32,000 nt of DNA, from positions 360,001 to 392,000 of the forward strand of contig CP060232.1 in assembly GCA_023898645.1 (NCBI GenBank). The letters run 5' to 3'. A model generated the notes under the pieces. The model was not told where the DNA came from. It saw nothing but the letters and a program-made list of their open reading frames with translations, and made no database searches. Source of the DNA: Candidatus Saccharimonadota bacterium (GTDB taxonomy: Bacteria > Patescibacteriota > Saccharimonadia > Saccharimonadales > Saccharimonadaceae). The position numbers were made by a program, and so were the translations under genes. Shown here one piece after another: positions 8,601 to 16,474 of the stretch; the stretch's first letter is position 1, and the number at the start of each line of letters is the position of its first letter.

Positions 8601-10436
8601 ATGTCCGAAGAAGATTCATCATTCAGCCAAACCACTGCAAGCCAAACTTCTTCGCAGATTCTTGACGAGCAGAATGAGCCCCAACTACAGTCCAAGCACT
8701 TATCGATTGAGGAGATTATTAAGAACGTACCCAAGCGTAAGACGCACTGGAAACAGTCTGTCGTGTATCAAATTTATCCGTGGACGTTCAACGAAGACAA
8801 AGGCCGAAATCCACAAAGGGGTCATGGATCGATTCTGGGTATAGCCGAAAAGATGCCGTATCTGAAGGACGATCTTGGCGTTGATGCTATTTGGCTGTCG
8901 CCGTTTTATCCGTCACCAATGAAAGATGGTGGCTATGACGTTAGTAATCTTACGGACGTGCACCCAGATTTAGGCACGCTTGATGATTTTGATGAAATGA
9001 TGAAAGCGGCGCACCGTCATGGCATTCGCGTGATGGTCGACTTTGTACCAAATCACACGTCAGACCAGCATGAATGGTTTCAGAAATCTCGCAATCGCGA
9101 AGAAGGTTTTGAAGATTGGTATATATGGCATCCCGGACACACAGGAGAGAACGGCGAACACTACCCGCCAAATAATTGGGCGTGCGTATTTTCAATCCCC
9201 AATCGTCAAGCCCGCAACCGCGGTGAGATGTCTTGGTTGCAGCCCCATGAATGGACGCCGCCGATTTCTGCATGGCAGTGGGACGACGTTCGTGGCGAAT
9301 ATTACATGCACAGCTTTGCAGTAGAGCAGCCTGACCTCAACTGGAGCAACCCCTATGTTCGCGAAGCCATGAAAGACGCTATGCGTTTTTGGATCGACAA
9401 AGGTGTCGATGGTTTTCGCGTTGACGCAGTCAATCATATCGGTAAAAACATGGACTTTCCAGACGAAGGGGTCAACACCGCCTATGACGAAGCATGGTGC
9501 GACAATCCTTACGATCAGGTGCTGCGCCACAATAGCGCGGATTATCCCGAAGCACTCGACAAATACGTGTGGGAAATGGGGCAGGTACTGAAGGACGACA
9601 GATACATTGGTCGTGACCTGCGAATGGTACTCGAGGCCTACATAGGCGAGTCGCAGCTTCGTGATCTCGATGCAATTGCACCGTCATATGCTAATACGTT
9701 CAATTTTGGTCGTATGCTACTTGATTGGAACGTGCAGAATCATAAGATCCAACTAGACTATTACTACTCCCGACTTAATCAAAACGCCATCGGTAATCAA
9801 GTTAACGGCAACCACGACAAGCCTCGACTAGCTACTCGCATGGGCGATGAGCGCGCACGAACAGCGATTGTGATCAACATGTTTTTGCCCGGCATGACGT
9901 TTATATATAACGGCGAAGAACTTGGTTTGCACGACGCAGAAATACCAGAAGATCGTATACAAGATCCGAACGGTCTGCGCGATCCGGCGCGAACACCTAT
10001 CATATGGAACGACGAAGAGCCGAACGGCGGTTTCAGCAATGCCGATCCAAACAACCTATGGTTACCGACAAATTTGTCGGACATGCACTTGTCGTTGACA
10101 AAACAAAAGCAAGACAATAAGTCGTCATACTCACTTTACCGAGCGGCAAATATCTTGCACCATGAGCTGCCCGTCATCCAGCGCGGTATGTACAGTAGTC
10201 ATCATACAGATAACGATCAAGTGCTAGCCTATGGGCGTAGCTACGATGAAAACTATGCGGCGGTTCTAGCAAACTTTTCTGAACACGAACAGTTCGTAAA
10301 AGTTTTAGACAGCCCGTTTGTCATTGGTACCGCAGTGCTTTCAAGTATCTCAGTTGTTGAAAATCAAAGAAATGTTGACCTCCGTGCTGGCGTTAAGCTT
10401 GCGCCGCATGAGGCACTCGTAATACTCTCTGCGTAG
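8601..10436 (+). CDS. GH13 alpha-glucosidase / oligo-1,6-glucosidase-like enzyme, copy 1, with a Ser/Thr/Gln-rich N-terminal extension
   Basis: VVYQIYPWTF, DAIWLSPFYPSP, DFVPNHTSDQHEWF and GVDGFRVDAVNHI correspond to GH13 conserved regions I-II. An extended -10 (TGgTATAAT, 8555-8563) lies upstream. Confidence 0.85.
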   Translation: MSEEDSSFSQTTASQTSSQILDEQNEPQLQSKHLSIEEIIKNVPKRKTHWKQSVVYQIYPWTFNEDKGRNPQRGHGSILGIAEKMPYLKDDLGVDAIWLSPFYPSPMKDGGYDVSNLTDVHPDLGTLDDFDEMMKAAHRHGIRVMVDFVPNHTSDQHEWFQKSRNREEGFEDWYIWHPGHTGENGEHYPPNNWACVFSIPNRQARNRGEMSWLQPHEWTPPISAWQWDDVRGEYYMHSFAVEQPDLNWSNPYVREAMKDAMRFWIDKGVDGFRVDAVNHIGKNMDFPDEGVNTAYDEAWCDNPYDQVLRHNSADYPEALDKYVWEMGQVLKDDRYIGRDLRMVLEAYIGESQLRDLDAIAPSYANTFNFGRMLLDWNVQNHKIQLDYYYSRLNQNAIGNQVNGNHDKPRLATRMGDERARTAIVINMFLPGMTFIYNGEELGLHDAEIPEDRIQDPNGLRDPARTPIIWNDEEPNGGFSNADPNNLWLPTNLSDMHLSLTKQKQDNKSSYSLYRAANILHHELPVIQRGMYSSHHTDNDQVLAYGRSYDENYAAVLANFSEHEQFVKVLDSPFVIGTAVLSSISVVENQRNVDLRAGVKLAPHEALVILSA

Positions 10437-10448
10437 TATGATACTGAC

Positions 10449-12161
10449 ATGACACATTTTAAACCCTGGAATCAAACTATCCTTTACCAGCTCTACCCAT
10501 GGAGCTTCAACGAAGACAAGCAACGACAACCACAGAGGGGTGTCGGTTCAATCCGAGGTATTATCGAAAAAATTTCTTATCTGGCGGATGTTGGCATTTC
10601 GGCTGTATGGCTTTGCCCTCCGTATCCTGGCCCCATGTATGACAACGGCTATGACATTGCAGATTTTATAGATATCCACCCAGAGCTCGGAACTATGGAT
10701 GATTTTGACGAACTTGTGAAAGCCTGTCACGAAAAAGGCATTCGTCTTATGTTGGACTTTATCCCGAATCATTCGTCGGAAACGCATGAATGGTTCCAAA
10801 AATCACGTCGTCGATTAGACGGTTACGAAGACTGGTATATTTGGCACCCTGGCAAAAAAGATGACGAGGGCAATACAATTCCGCCAAACAATTGGCCTGC
10901 AATATTTTCGGCACCAAATCGTCAGGCGCGAGATGAAGGAAAGATGCCGTGGTTAAAGGAAGACGAACCAACTCCGGCAGTTTCTGCCTGGAGGTGGGAC
11001 GAATTACGCGGTGAGTATTATCTTGGTTCTTTCTCGAAAGAGCAGCCGGATCTCAACTGGGAAAATCCAAAAGTACGCGAAGCGATGAAAAACAATATGC
11101 GTTTTTGGATTGATCGCGGCGTTGATGGATTTCGTATGGACGCAGTTAATCACATGGCGAAAAATCGTAGTTTCGAAGACGAAGAACGAGACCCAACATT
11201 TAACGAAAAAGAAGGCAGCAAGCACTCACGCAATCCGTACTATCAATTCAAACATGTAAATAGTAGTAATTATCCAGAGCGACTATTCTTTTATGTCAGG
11301 GAATTTTGTTCTGTTGTTCGAGATGAGAAATACAAAGACAGAGATTTGCAGATGGTTCTTGAGTCGTACCTTGACGACGAACAACTTGCTGAAATAAATA
11401 ACATTGATCCTGAAAAGACCTTTACGTTTAACTTCGGTCCGTTTTATATGTCATGGGATGCTCAGACTCGTCAAAAGCAAATGGATGAATATTATGCGAA
11501 CTTTCCTGAAAACGGAATTCCAAATCAGGTGTTTGGCAATCACGACAATCCCAGGCTTGCGACGCGCTTCGGCGACGGTGTTGCGCGTGCGATGGCGGTT
11601 ATGGGCATGTTTGCGCCAGGTATGAATATTATTTATAGCAGCGAAGAGCTTGGGCTCCACAACGTCGATATACCGCCAGAAAAATGCATGGACCAGCTTG
11701 CGTATCGTGATGGCCAAAGAACCCCTATCGTATGGGACGATACTCAGCCAAATGCAGGCTTTTCCAACGCTGCGCCCGAAGAACTATGGCTGCCGATAAA
11801 TGAAAAAGATCTGCCAATTGCAGTAAATCGACAGCAGAATGATCCAAAGTCGTTTTATGCGCTGTATAAAACGTCCATCAAAATGCGATGGGATTTGCCT
11901 GTATTCCGAGATGGTAAATATAACTCTGTGAAAACATCAAATGCAGATGTGCTAGCATACGCAAGAAAATCTCAGGACGGAGATGCCGTTGTGTATGTGA
12001 ACTTTACTGATCGCCCACAAAGAGTTGAGGCATCGGATACGTTTAATAGCGGCAAAGTTATTTTATCGAGTATTGATGTAGCCGAAGAGCCTCGCGAGGT
12101 TAGCGTCGCCGAAGGCATTGACTTGCGTCCGAACGAAGCCGTTGTTATCGTTGCCAATTAA
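10449..12161 (+). CDS. GH13 alpha-glucosidase / oligo-1,6-glucosidase-like enzyme, copy 2 (tandem paralog)
   Basis: Collinear with copy 1 through the same motifs (ILYQLYPWSF, DFIPNHSSETHEWF, GVDGFRMDAVNHM). It starts 12 nt after the copy 1 stop. Confidence 0.85.
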   Translation: MTHFKPWNQTILYQLYPWSFNEDKQRQPQRGVGSIRGIIEKISYLADVGISAVWLCPPYPGPMYDNGYDIADFIDIHPELGTMDDFDELVKACHEKGIRLMLDFIPNHSSETHEWFQKSRRRLDGYEDWYIWHPGKKDDEGNTIPPNNWPAIFSAPNRQARDEGKMPWLKEDEPTPAVSAWRWDELRGEYYLGSFSKEQPDLNWENPKVREAMKNNMRFWIDRGVDGFRMDAVNHMAKNRSFEDEERDPTFNEKEGSKHSRNPYYQFKHVNSSNYPERLFFYVREFCSVVRDEKYKDRDLQMVLESYLDDEQLAEINNIDPEKTFTFNFGPFYMSWDAQTRQKQMDEYYANFPENGIPNQVFGNHDNPRLATRFGDGVARAMAVMGMFAPGMNIIYSSEELGLHNVDIPPEKCMDQLAYRDGQRTPIVWDDTQPNAGFSNAAPEELWLPINEKDLPIAVNRQQNDPKSFYALYKTSIKMRWDLPVFRDGKYNSVKTSNADVLAYARKSQDGDAVVYVNFTDRPQRVEASDTFNSGKVILSSIDVAEEPREVSVAEGIDLRPNEAVVIVAN

Positions 12162-13321
12162 AGTTTCACGTCTTCGGGCAAGAAGCCTTTGGTGTGTTTG
12201 AAATCGGCCTCCCATTTGTAATCTTTGTTGTAGCCAAGATCTTTCATGAGTTTAGTGGGTGCGTTACGCAGATGAAGTGGCACTTGGGCGTCTGGGTAAC
12301 GCTTTGCTAAGCCTTGCGCGGTATGCATAAGTTCGGTTACTTCACGTGATTTTTTGCTACGAGCGAGGGCAGTCGCTACGTGATAGAGTATATAGTTGCT
12401 TTCCGGCATACCTACTCGCTCAACGGCTTCAAACGCATTGAGCGCTAGACCTAGAGCGCCGTTTCCGGCCAGTCCGATGTCTTCGCTGGCAAAAATCACC
12501 ATGCGGCGTGCTATAAATTTGGGATCCTCTCCAGCATCTATCATCCGCGACAAATAATACAAAGTCGCATCGACGTCGCTACCTCGCATGCTCTTGATAA
12601 ATGCCGATATGACGTTGTAATGCATGTCGCCTTTTTTGTCATAACCGGGCACTCTTTTTTGTGCAGCCATTTTAACGACATCCGGGGTTACTTTCGCTTC
12701 GCTCATGCCCAGAGCGAGTTCGAGATTTCCGAGAGCCACGCGTGCGTCACCACCAGACAATTCTGCTAGGTAATCGATTGCTTTGGGCGTGACGAACTTG
12801 GTTTTCTTTAATTCTTTAAGCGCATGTTTGATTATGTCGGTAACTTCTTCTTTGCTAAGTGGTTGCAACACGAGTACACGACTGCGGCTTAGCAATGGCG
12901 TGATAACTTCGAAGCTAGGGTTTTCGGTAGTTGCACCGATGAGTGTGATGAGGCCGGATTCAACATGTGGCAAAAAGGCATCTTGTTGCGCTTTGTTGAA
13001 ACGGTGAATCTCGTCGACGAACAATACGGTTCGTACCTGTAGGTTCCAATTTTGACGTGCGTGCTCCACAACGCGTTCGATGTCTTTCTTTCCGGAAGTT
13101 ACGGCCGACAACTCAACAAACTCTGCATCAGTCTCTTTGGCTATGATTCGTGCCAGTGTCGTTTTGCCGCTGCCGGGTGGGCCCCATAATATCAGGCTGA
13201 CAGGTTCTTTGTTTTTTACAATCTGTCGTAATATTTCGCCATCACCTAGCAAATGGGTCTGCCCAATTACTTCGTCCAATGTTTGTGGACGCATTCGTTC
13301 TGCTAGGGGTACTCTCTCCAT
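12158..13321 (-). CDS. rarA: Replication-associated recombination protein A (MgsA/RarA AAA+ ATPase)
   Basis: [18 protein letters not shown]-terminus, Walker [10 protein letters not shown], Walker [11 protein letters not shown], and a C-terminal MgsA domain ([23 protein letters not shown]). Start taken at ATG 13321. The 3' end overlaps GH13 copy 2 by 4 nt (TTAA). Confidence 0.9.
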   Translation of the reverse strand: MERVPLAERMRPQTLDEVIGQTHLLGDGEILRQIVKNKEPVSLILWGPPGSGKTTLARIIAKETDAEFVELSAVTSGKKDIERVVEHARQNWNLQVRTVLFVDEIHRFNKAQQDAFLPHVESGLITLIGATTENPSFEVITPLLSRSRVLVLQPLSKEEVTDIIKHALKELKKTKFVTPKAIDYLAELSGGDARVALGNLELALGMSEAKVTPDVVKMAAQKRVPGYDKKGDMHYNVISAFIKSMRGSDVDATLYYLSRMIDAGEDPKFIARRMVIFASEDIGLAGNGALGLALNAFEAVERVGMPESNYILYHVATALARSKKSREVTELMHTAQGLAKRYPDAQVPLHLRNAPTKLMKDLGYNKDYKWEADFKHTKGFLPEDVKL

Positions 13322-13323
13322 AT

Positions 13324-13335
13324 CTATAATTATAG
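13324..13335. promoter_or_regulatory. Palindromic shared -10 region for divergent rarA and ddl
   Basis: CTATAATTATAG is a perfect 12-bp palindrome. It gives TATAAT on the plus strand (13325-13330) and on the minus strand (13334-13329) within a 36-bp intergenic gap. The -35 matches are weak. Confidence 0.4.
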
Positions 13336-13357
13336 CCGAGGATGGTACAATAAACAC

Positions 13358-14407
13358 ATGAACCGCAAGCAAGTGCTACTGCTCTTCGGCGGCGAGTCAT
13401 CAGAACATGATGTCTCGATTTCTTCAGCTCGCAATGTATATGCGGCGATTGACGACGAACTTTATGATATACATCTAGGCTATATTGATTCGCATGGGAA
13501 GTGGTGGTTGCTCGATAGTTTTGATATGCAGATAGATACCAGTGACGCACCGCAGTTGCTGCCAGTGCTTGGAAGTAGTGGATTTGTGACGATGCCAGAA
13601 GGCAAGGCAGTCAGACCTGATGTGATCATGCCGATTCTGCATGGCCGCAATGGCGAGGACGGTAGCGTCCAAGGCCTCGCTCAACTGCTTCATGTTCCAA
13701 TCGTTGGTTGCGACGTGACGGCCAGTGGCATCGCTATGAATAAACTTGCTTTTAAAGAAATTTTGCAGGCAAATGACATACCCGTCATCCCTTACGTAGC
13801 GCATCGTACATATGAAGATGCTCCTGATTTTGGCAAGTTAACCATGCGACTGGGTAACCCGTTATTTGTTAAGCCTGCTCGTGCCGGTAGTTCAGTTGGT
13901 GTAAGCAAGGTTCATAACGAAAGCGAATTCAGGGACGCTCTGGCCGAGGCGCACAAGCATGACTCGATCGTGTTGATTGAAAAGGCGATTAGCGGTCATG
14001 AGTTGGAGTGCGCCGTACTTGGAACGCCGCCAAATCATCGCGTGAGCGGTGTGGGCGAAGTTATTCCAGGCGATGATTTTTATACGTACGAAGACAAGTA
14101 TGCGTCGGACAGCAAGGCGCAAATCAATATAGATGCCGAGATTGATCCTGAGGTAAAGGAGCGCATTCGCGACATCGCGTCGAAAATTTTTGAGGCGCTG
14201 GGATGCAGCGGTTTGTCGCGCATAGATTATATGCTTGGTAGTGAAGGCAACTTGTATGTCATGGAAGTAAACACGATGCCGGGCTTTACTAACATCAGCA
14301 TGTACCCGAAATTATGGCGACAACAAGGTATCAGTTACTCGCAATTAATAAAACTGCTGATTGACGACGCACTCGAAAACGGTACAATGAGAAGTACACA
14401 AACATAG
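13358..14407 (+). CDS. ddl: D-alanine--D-alanine ligase
   Basis: N-terminus VLLLFGGESSEHDVSISSA, ATP-grasp core, and EVNTMPGFT near the C-terminus. Typical length of 349 aa. Confidence 0.9.
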   Translation: MNRKQVLLLFGGESSEHDVSISSARNVYAAIDDELYDIHLGYIDSHGKWWLLDSFDMQIDTSDAPQLLPVLGSSGFVTMPEGKAVRPDVIMPILHGRNGEDGSVQGLAQLLHVPIVGCDVTASGIAMNKLAFKEILQANDIPVIPYVAHRTYEDAPDFGKLTMRLGNPLFVKPARAGSSVGVSKVHNESEFRDALAEAHKHDSIVLIEKAISGHELECAVLGTPPNHRVSGVGEVIPGDDFYTYEDKYASDSKAQINIDAEIDPEVKERIRDIASKIFEALGCSGLSRIDYMLGSEGNLYVMEVNTMPGFTNISMYPKLWRQQGISYSQLIKLLIDDALENGTMRSTQT

Positions 14408-14417
14408 GAGGGAATTT

Positions 14418-15164
14418 ATGGAATTTACAGTGTTTTTAACCGTATTGGCTGTTGCCTTTGTGTTGAGCGGAATCAAGATCGTTAATCAATACGAGCGTGG
14501 CGTCGTTCTGACACTTGGTAAATTTTCAGGCATGCGCGATCCTGGTCTGCGTATCGTCGTGCCGATTTTTCAGCAGATGATCAAAGTCGATATCCGAACC
14601 AATACAATCGACATCCCAAAGCAAGAAGTGATTACGAGCGACAACGTAACGGTTAATGTCGACGCCGTCGTGTATTTTCGAGTAGCCGATGCACAAAAGG
14701 CCGTGCTCGAAGTGACGAACTACATTTATGCTAGCAGCCAATTCGCACAAGCCGCCCTTCGCGATGTAACTGGCAACGTAGAACTAGACTCGCTCCTAGG
14801 TAAGCGTGACGAAGTCAGCAAGCAAATTATGGAAATAGTCGATGTCCAGACCGAAAAATGGGGTATAGATGTAGAAAGTGTGAAAATCCAAAACATCGAA
14901 CTGCCACAGGACATGAAGCGAGCAATGGCTAAGCAAGCCGAGGCAGAGCGTGAGCGCCGAGCCGTCATCATTACGGCCGAAGGCGAAAAGGCGGCTGCTC
15001 AAGCAGTGGCAGATGCTGCCGGTATGCTGACTAAAGTTCCTGGAGGCATCAACATCCGTACGCTCCAGACACTCGAGAAGATTGCAGTTGAGCCAAGCCA
15101 AAAGACGTTGTTTGTCTTGCCTGCAGATTTAACAGATGCAATTTCCCGCGTAGTCAACAAGTAA
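14418..15164 (+). CDS. SPFH/Band 7 (stomatin-like) membrane protein
   Basis: N-terminal TM helix followed by IVNQYERGVVLTLGKF, then a coiled AEAERERRA segment characteristic of SPFH proteins. Confidence 0.85.
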   Translation: MEFTVFLTVLAVAFVLSGIKIVNQYERGVVLTLGKFSGMRDPGLRIVVPIFQQMIKVDIRTNTIDIPKQEVITSDNVTVNVDAVVYFRVADAQKAVLEVTNYIYASSQFAQAALRDVTGNVELDSLLGKRDEVSKQIMEIVDVQTEKWGIDVESVKIQNIELPQDMKRAMAKQAEAERERRAVIITAEGEKAAAQAVADAAGMLTKVPGGINIRTLQTLEKIAVEPSQKTLFVLPADLTDAISRVVNK

Positions 15165-15340
15165 CACCTTGGCAAAAACCCCTGTTTCTAGTAAAATATT
15201 GTATGTAGTTAAAACTGCGATTTACCCAATTTATCAAACCAAGCTTTAGCTGTTTGATGAATTGAGAGGAAGAAGCGACTAGAGGGTGAAAGCGAGGTCA
15301 ATTTATTGACATCGTGGAAGCCGACCGTCGATTCTGACGT

Positions 15341-15416
15341 GGCTCTTTAGCTCAGTTGGTAGAGCAGAGGCCTGAAGAGCCTTGTGTCACTAGTTCGAGT
15401 CTAGTAGGAGCCACCA
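15341..15416 (+). tRNA. tRNA-Phe(GAA), CCA encoded
   Basis: Cloverleaf: acceptor GGCTCTT/AGGAGCC, D loop AGTTGGTA, anticodon loop CTGAAGA (GAA), and T arm ACTAG-TTCGAGT-CTAGT. Confidence 0.9.
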
Positions 15417-15424
15417 AAGAAAGT

Positions 15425-15456
15425 ACCCCATCATCACGTTGGGGTGTTTTCTTTTT
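15425..15456 (+). terminator. Rho-independent terminator after tRNA-Phe
   Basis: ACCCCA-(9 nt)-TGGGGT followed by GTTTTCTTTTT. Confidence 0.7.
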
Positions 15457-15462
15457 GAAGGA

Positions 15463-15485
15463 GTGACACAAGGCTCTTCAGGCCT
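15463..15485 (-). repeat. Perfect 23-nt inverted copy of tRNA-Phe positions 28-50
   Basis: GTGACACAAGGCTCTTCAGGCCT is the exact reverse complement of 15368-15390, which spans the anticodon arm, the variable loop and the start of the T stem. Confidence 0.9.
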
Positions 15486-15509
15486 AGGCCTTCAGAGCGC
15501 ATGATTGTC

Positions 15510-15622
15510 GCTGAGGGCTCTGTCACTAGTTCGGCGCAGTGAACGAAGCGAAAGAAAGCGCGAAGCATTTTCTTGAGCAAGTGAGCGGAGGAGCGGAACG
15601 AAGTGGAGCGATGTCTAGTAGG
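15510..15622 (+). repeat. Degenerate direct copy of the tRNA-Phe 3' portion, interrupted by a 79-nt purine-rich insert
   Basis: TGTCACTAGTTCG (15521-15533) matches tRNA positions 45-57, and GTCTAGTAGG (15613-15622) matches positions 59-68. The two blocks are separated by 15534-15612. The upstream CTGAGGGCTC loosely matches the anticodon-loop region. Confidence 0.7.
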
Positions 15623-15728
15623 TGAATGACACACGTTTCCACATTGACTTTATCTATATAGGTGCGGTAAAACTAAGACACATTTGTCTCAAGTGGGGGT
15701 AAATGAGTTCTTTGCGGAAGGAGATGAT

Positions 15729-16397
15729 ATGTTCGCGAAGCTGCGGCTTACATGCCGTGATGCAGTAGGCTGGCTGGTCTACAAGATTGTGCGGTTTCTC
15801 CTTCTGGCTATAGTCAAGGTGAAACGTGTCAATCTGCAGGTTGTCGGAACGGAGCGTCTGCCCAAACGCGGCGCATACGTACTGGCGCTCGTGCCACACA
15901 CGTCGTTTGTTGACGGTCCGCTTATCATAATGGCTGTCCGGCGTCGATTCATTGGCATGGGTATGGCTGAGCTTTTGGACTGGAAAGAGTGGCATGTCAT
16001 TAGCCTGCTTTTTAGGCTGATGGGCCACATTCCTGTCCAGCGCGACAATCCAAAGTCGCGCAAAGAAGCGTTTGAAGCCGGCATTGCTACTATACGGCGA
16101 GGCGTCCCTGTATTTATCAGTCCACCAGGTAGAATCAGGAACCCCGAAGAGCGTGACGTCTGGCGCAATGGCTATGCAAGGATGTCTATAGAAACGGGCA
16201 CTCCAATGGCTCTAGTGAGGGTATTCGGTGCCAAGGCGTTCATGGACGAAGGTCCGGAAGGCGAATGGATTTTCGACTGGAGCCAGCCCATGGCTGTTAT
16301 CATCGGCGCCGTGCTTGATCCAAATGACTTCACGTCGGCAGATGAACTCGATGCGGAAGCTCAGCGAATCTACGAAACAATTCGGCCACCCGACTAA
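15729..16397 (+). CDS. plsC: 1-acyl-sn-glycerol-3-phosphate acyltransferase family protein
   Basis: HTSFVD (HX4D acyltransferase motif) and a downstream PPGR block. ATG 15729 sits 5 nt after the GGAAGGAGA RBS. Candidate promoter TTGACT (15644-15649), 17-nt spacer, TAAAAC. Confidence 0.8.
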   Translation: MFAKLRLTCRDAVGWLVYKIVRFLLLAIVKVKRVNLQVVGTERLPKRGAYVLALVPHTSFVDGPLIIMAVRRRFIGMGMAELLDWKEWHVISLLFRLMGHIPVQRDNPKSRKEAFEAGIATIRRGVPVFISPPGRIRNPEERDVWRNGYARMSIETGTPMALVRVFGAKAFMDEGPEGEWIFDWSQPMAVIIGAVLDPNDFTSADELDAEAQRIYETIRPPD

Positions 16398-16405
16398 GTC
16401 GACCA

Positions 16406-16436
16406 CCCTGTGCGTACAAGCGTACAGGGTTTTTAT
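16406..16436 (+). terminator. Rho-independent terminator after plsC
   Basis: CCCTGTGCGT-ACAA-GCGTACAGGG stem (with two G-U pairs) followed by TTTTTAT. Confidence 0.65.
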
Positions 16437-16474
16437 ATGTATTTGCTGATAAAACTTATGCTACACTGTAGGAA

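Noticed and set aside
9192-9530. Antisense or alternate-frame ORFs of 60-143 aa nested inside large genes, for example 1143-1349, 8950-9273, 9192-9530, 15779-16168, 17274-17675, 20147-20563, 26258-26689 and 28986-29267.
   Set aside because: They lie entirely within strongly supported genes. They have no RBS or promoter, and their composition is biased (Arg/Ser/Cys-rich) in the way expected from reading coding DNA out of frame.
15232-15258. Hairpin ATCAAAC...GTTTGAT between the SPFH gene and tRNA-Phe, considered as a terminator.
   Set aside because: No U-run follows on either strand, and the stem is AT-rich with a bulge. The support is insufficient.
15486-15498. AGGCCTTCAGAGC, which resembles the tRNA-Phe anticodon arm with TCA in place of GAA and so hints at a suppressor-like tRNA remnant.
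   Set aside because: Only 10 of 13 positions match, and much of the match comes from the self-complementary AGGCCT hexamer. There is no complementary 3' stem strand and no cloverleaf around it.
15434-15634. 66-aa minus-strand ORF, and a plus-strand ORF of about 28 codons (GTG 15539 to 15625), in the tRNA-Phe debris region.
   Set aside because: Neither has an RBS. Both are made of tRNA-derived and low-complexity purine-rich sequence, so chance ORFs are the more likely explanation.
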